NCBI GenBank assembly: GCA_037130135.1
Contig: JBAXTO010000001.1
Coordinates: 675,061 to 739,060 of the forward strand
DNA from: Bacteroidota bacterium
Lineage (GTDB): Bacteria; Bacteroidota; Bacteroidia; Chitinophagales; CAMDFR01
Length of the DNA: 64,000 nt
Reading direction: 5' to 3'
Shown piece after piece: positions 63,091 through 64,000 of the stretch. The stretch's first letter is position 1; each line of letters starts with the position of its first letter. A program made the translations under genes and the position numbers. The notes under the pieces are model-generated. The model was not told the origin of the DNA and made no database searches. It saw only the letters and a list, made by a program, of their open reading frames with translations.

Positions 63091-64000
63091 TGAAATATCT
63101 ATATATACTTACAATTATATGTTTTACTAATTCCCTATTTGCACAATTTGCATTTGTTCATAATGATCATAGTTTTGAAATTTCAGGATTAGCAACCATT
63201 ACTTTTACCAATCGTGATAATATAAATACGCCGAATAAAAAGTTAAAATATTTTGATCCAAGAAATGCTCAACTAAAATTTGAATATAATTATAAGTTCG
63301 TAAAATGTGTGCTACAAGCAGATATAGCTGCTATTGCTCTAGCAAGCACTGATCCTGAGAATATTGGATTAATGAATTTATATATTCAAATTAAACCAAT
63401 TCGTGATTTCAAAATTAGAGCTGGCTTTTTTAAAGTGAAGTACTCCAGAAGTAATTTAGTTTCTGAATTTGATTCACCTTTTTTTAATAGAGCAGAAATA
63501 TGTAGAGGGCAAATTTTTGGTTCAAGAGACTTTGGTATTAATGTAAACAAATCACTTATTAGAGGATTATTAAACTTCAATGTTGGAATGTACACCGGAA
63601 TTGCTGAAACTAGTCTCAAAGGTAAAAATGATTTAAACACCAATTTTGAATATGTAGCACGTGTTGATTTTGCATGGCCACAAAAAGATAAAGAAACTGA
63701 TTTTGATTTTTACAACTGTCATCTACCTCAATTCACTATTGGTGCTAATGCTAGATATACTAATAAAAATAGTACCATACCAGACACCTATCAATTATTG
63801 GTTATTGGAGGAAAAAAAATAACGCAAGGCTATGATGTTGGTTTCTTTTATAAGGGTTTAGGTATTCAAGCTGAATATAATTATATACGTATTTATCCAT
63901 TACAAACCGAACGATTAATGGGAAGTACAAAACCTTATTTTAATGTAGGTGGATATTATGTCCAATCATCTTATTATAATGATAAAAGTAAAATCTATGC
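63090..64000 (+). CDS. phosphate-selective porin O/P-like outer-membrane beta-barrel (partial, runs off the right edge)
   Basis: Not in the ORF track because there is no stop within the window. The ATG at 63090 overlaps the upstream TAA by 1 nt, and the frame stays open to 64000. Signal peptide MKYLYILTIICFTNSLFAQ. Porin_O_P-like pattern: RNAQLKFEYNY..LMNLYIQIKPIRDFKIRAGFFKVKYSRSNLVSEFDSPFFNRAE..SRDFGINV..YVARVDFAWP. Confidence 0.55.
   Translation, partial: MKYLYILTIICFTNSLFAQFAFVHNDHSFEISGLATITFTNRDNINTPNKKLKYFDPRNAQLKFEYNYKFVKCVLQADIAAIALASTDPENIGLMNLYIQIKPIRDFKIRAGFFKVKYSRSNLVSEFDSPFFNRAEICRGQIFGSRDFGINVNKSLIRGLLNFNVGMYTGIAETSLKGKNDLNTNFEYVARVDFAWPQKDKETDFDFYNCHLPQFTIGANARYTNKNSTIPDTYQLLVIGGKKITQGYDVGFFYKGLGIQAEYNYIRIYPLQTERLMGSTKPYFNVGGYYVQSSYYNDKSKIY

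Noticed and set aside
63386-63643. 85-aa minus-strand ORF.
   Set aside because: It is antisense to the open plus-strand frame 63090..64000, which has a signal peptide and a porin-like pattern and is tightly coupled to the upstream operon.
1-64000. Search for mobile elements, prophage, integrase, transposase, tRNA/rRNA genes or known defence systems.
   Set aside because: No ORF shows transposase/integrase/recombinase, nuclease-ATPase defence, or phage structural motifs. No tRNA-like T-arm (GGTTCGAATCC-type) or rRNA sequence was spotted by eye. The AT-rich island at 35.7-42.7 kb has no recognisable flanking direct repeats.

Overview
This is a low-GC Bacteroidota-type chromosomal segment (many T9SS C-terminal sorting domains, TAnnTTTG promoter motifs, SusCD-free). 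All product calls come from motif and family recognition by eye, with no homology search. About 60 genes are called. Most are housekeeping: partial clpC-like, rnz, thyA, mlaEF-like, sucD, panB, fmt, sppA, folK, mgtE, and a TetR-TolC-HlyD-FtsX-ABC efflux operon. I saw no rRNA, tRNA, CRISPR array, transposase or integrase. The accessory content is five predicted T9SS cargo proteins. Two carry type-A CTDs (27861..29888 and 52895..58393). Three carry type-B 'gliding motility-associated' CTDs (35777..36850, 36868..39300, 58579..61836). Candidates for something undescribed: (1) The tight operon 58579..64000+ encodes a type-B cargo, a lamin-tail-domain lipoprotein, a YjiK/SdiA-regulated-like protein and an OprO/P-like porin. 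It has no PorP/SprF-like partner gene. (2) A very AT-rich island at about 35.7-42.7 kb carries two type-B cargo genes abutting a Wzx-like flippase and two SAM methyltransferases. Its Cys-framed repeat modules are packed with D-(S/T)-(A/I/L/V/M/T) triplets, the Bacteroidota O-glycosylation sequon. (3) A polyglycine-run module lies inside the 810-aa cargo. (4) A PETase-like Ser-Asp-His hydrolase is fused to Ig-like repeats and a type-A CTD. Other points: a secreted 6x17-aa tandem-repeat protein, a heptamer-repeat/palindrome intergenic element, a decayed oxidoreductase pseudogene, a MORN-FISH fusion, and an alkB-HMGL-like gene pair with no rubredoxin.
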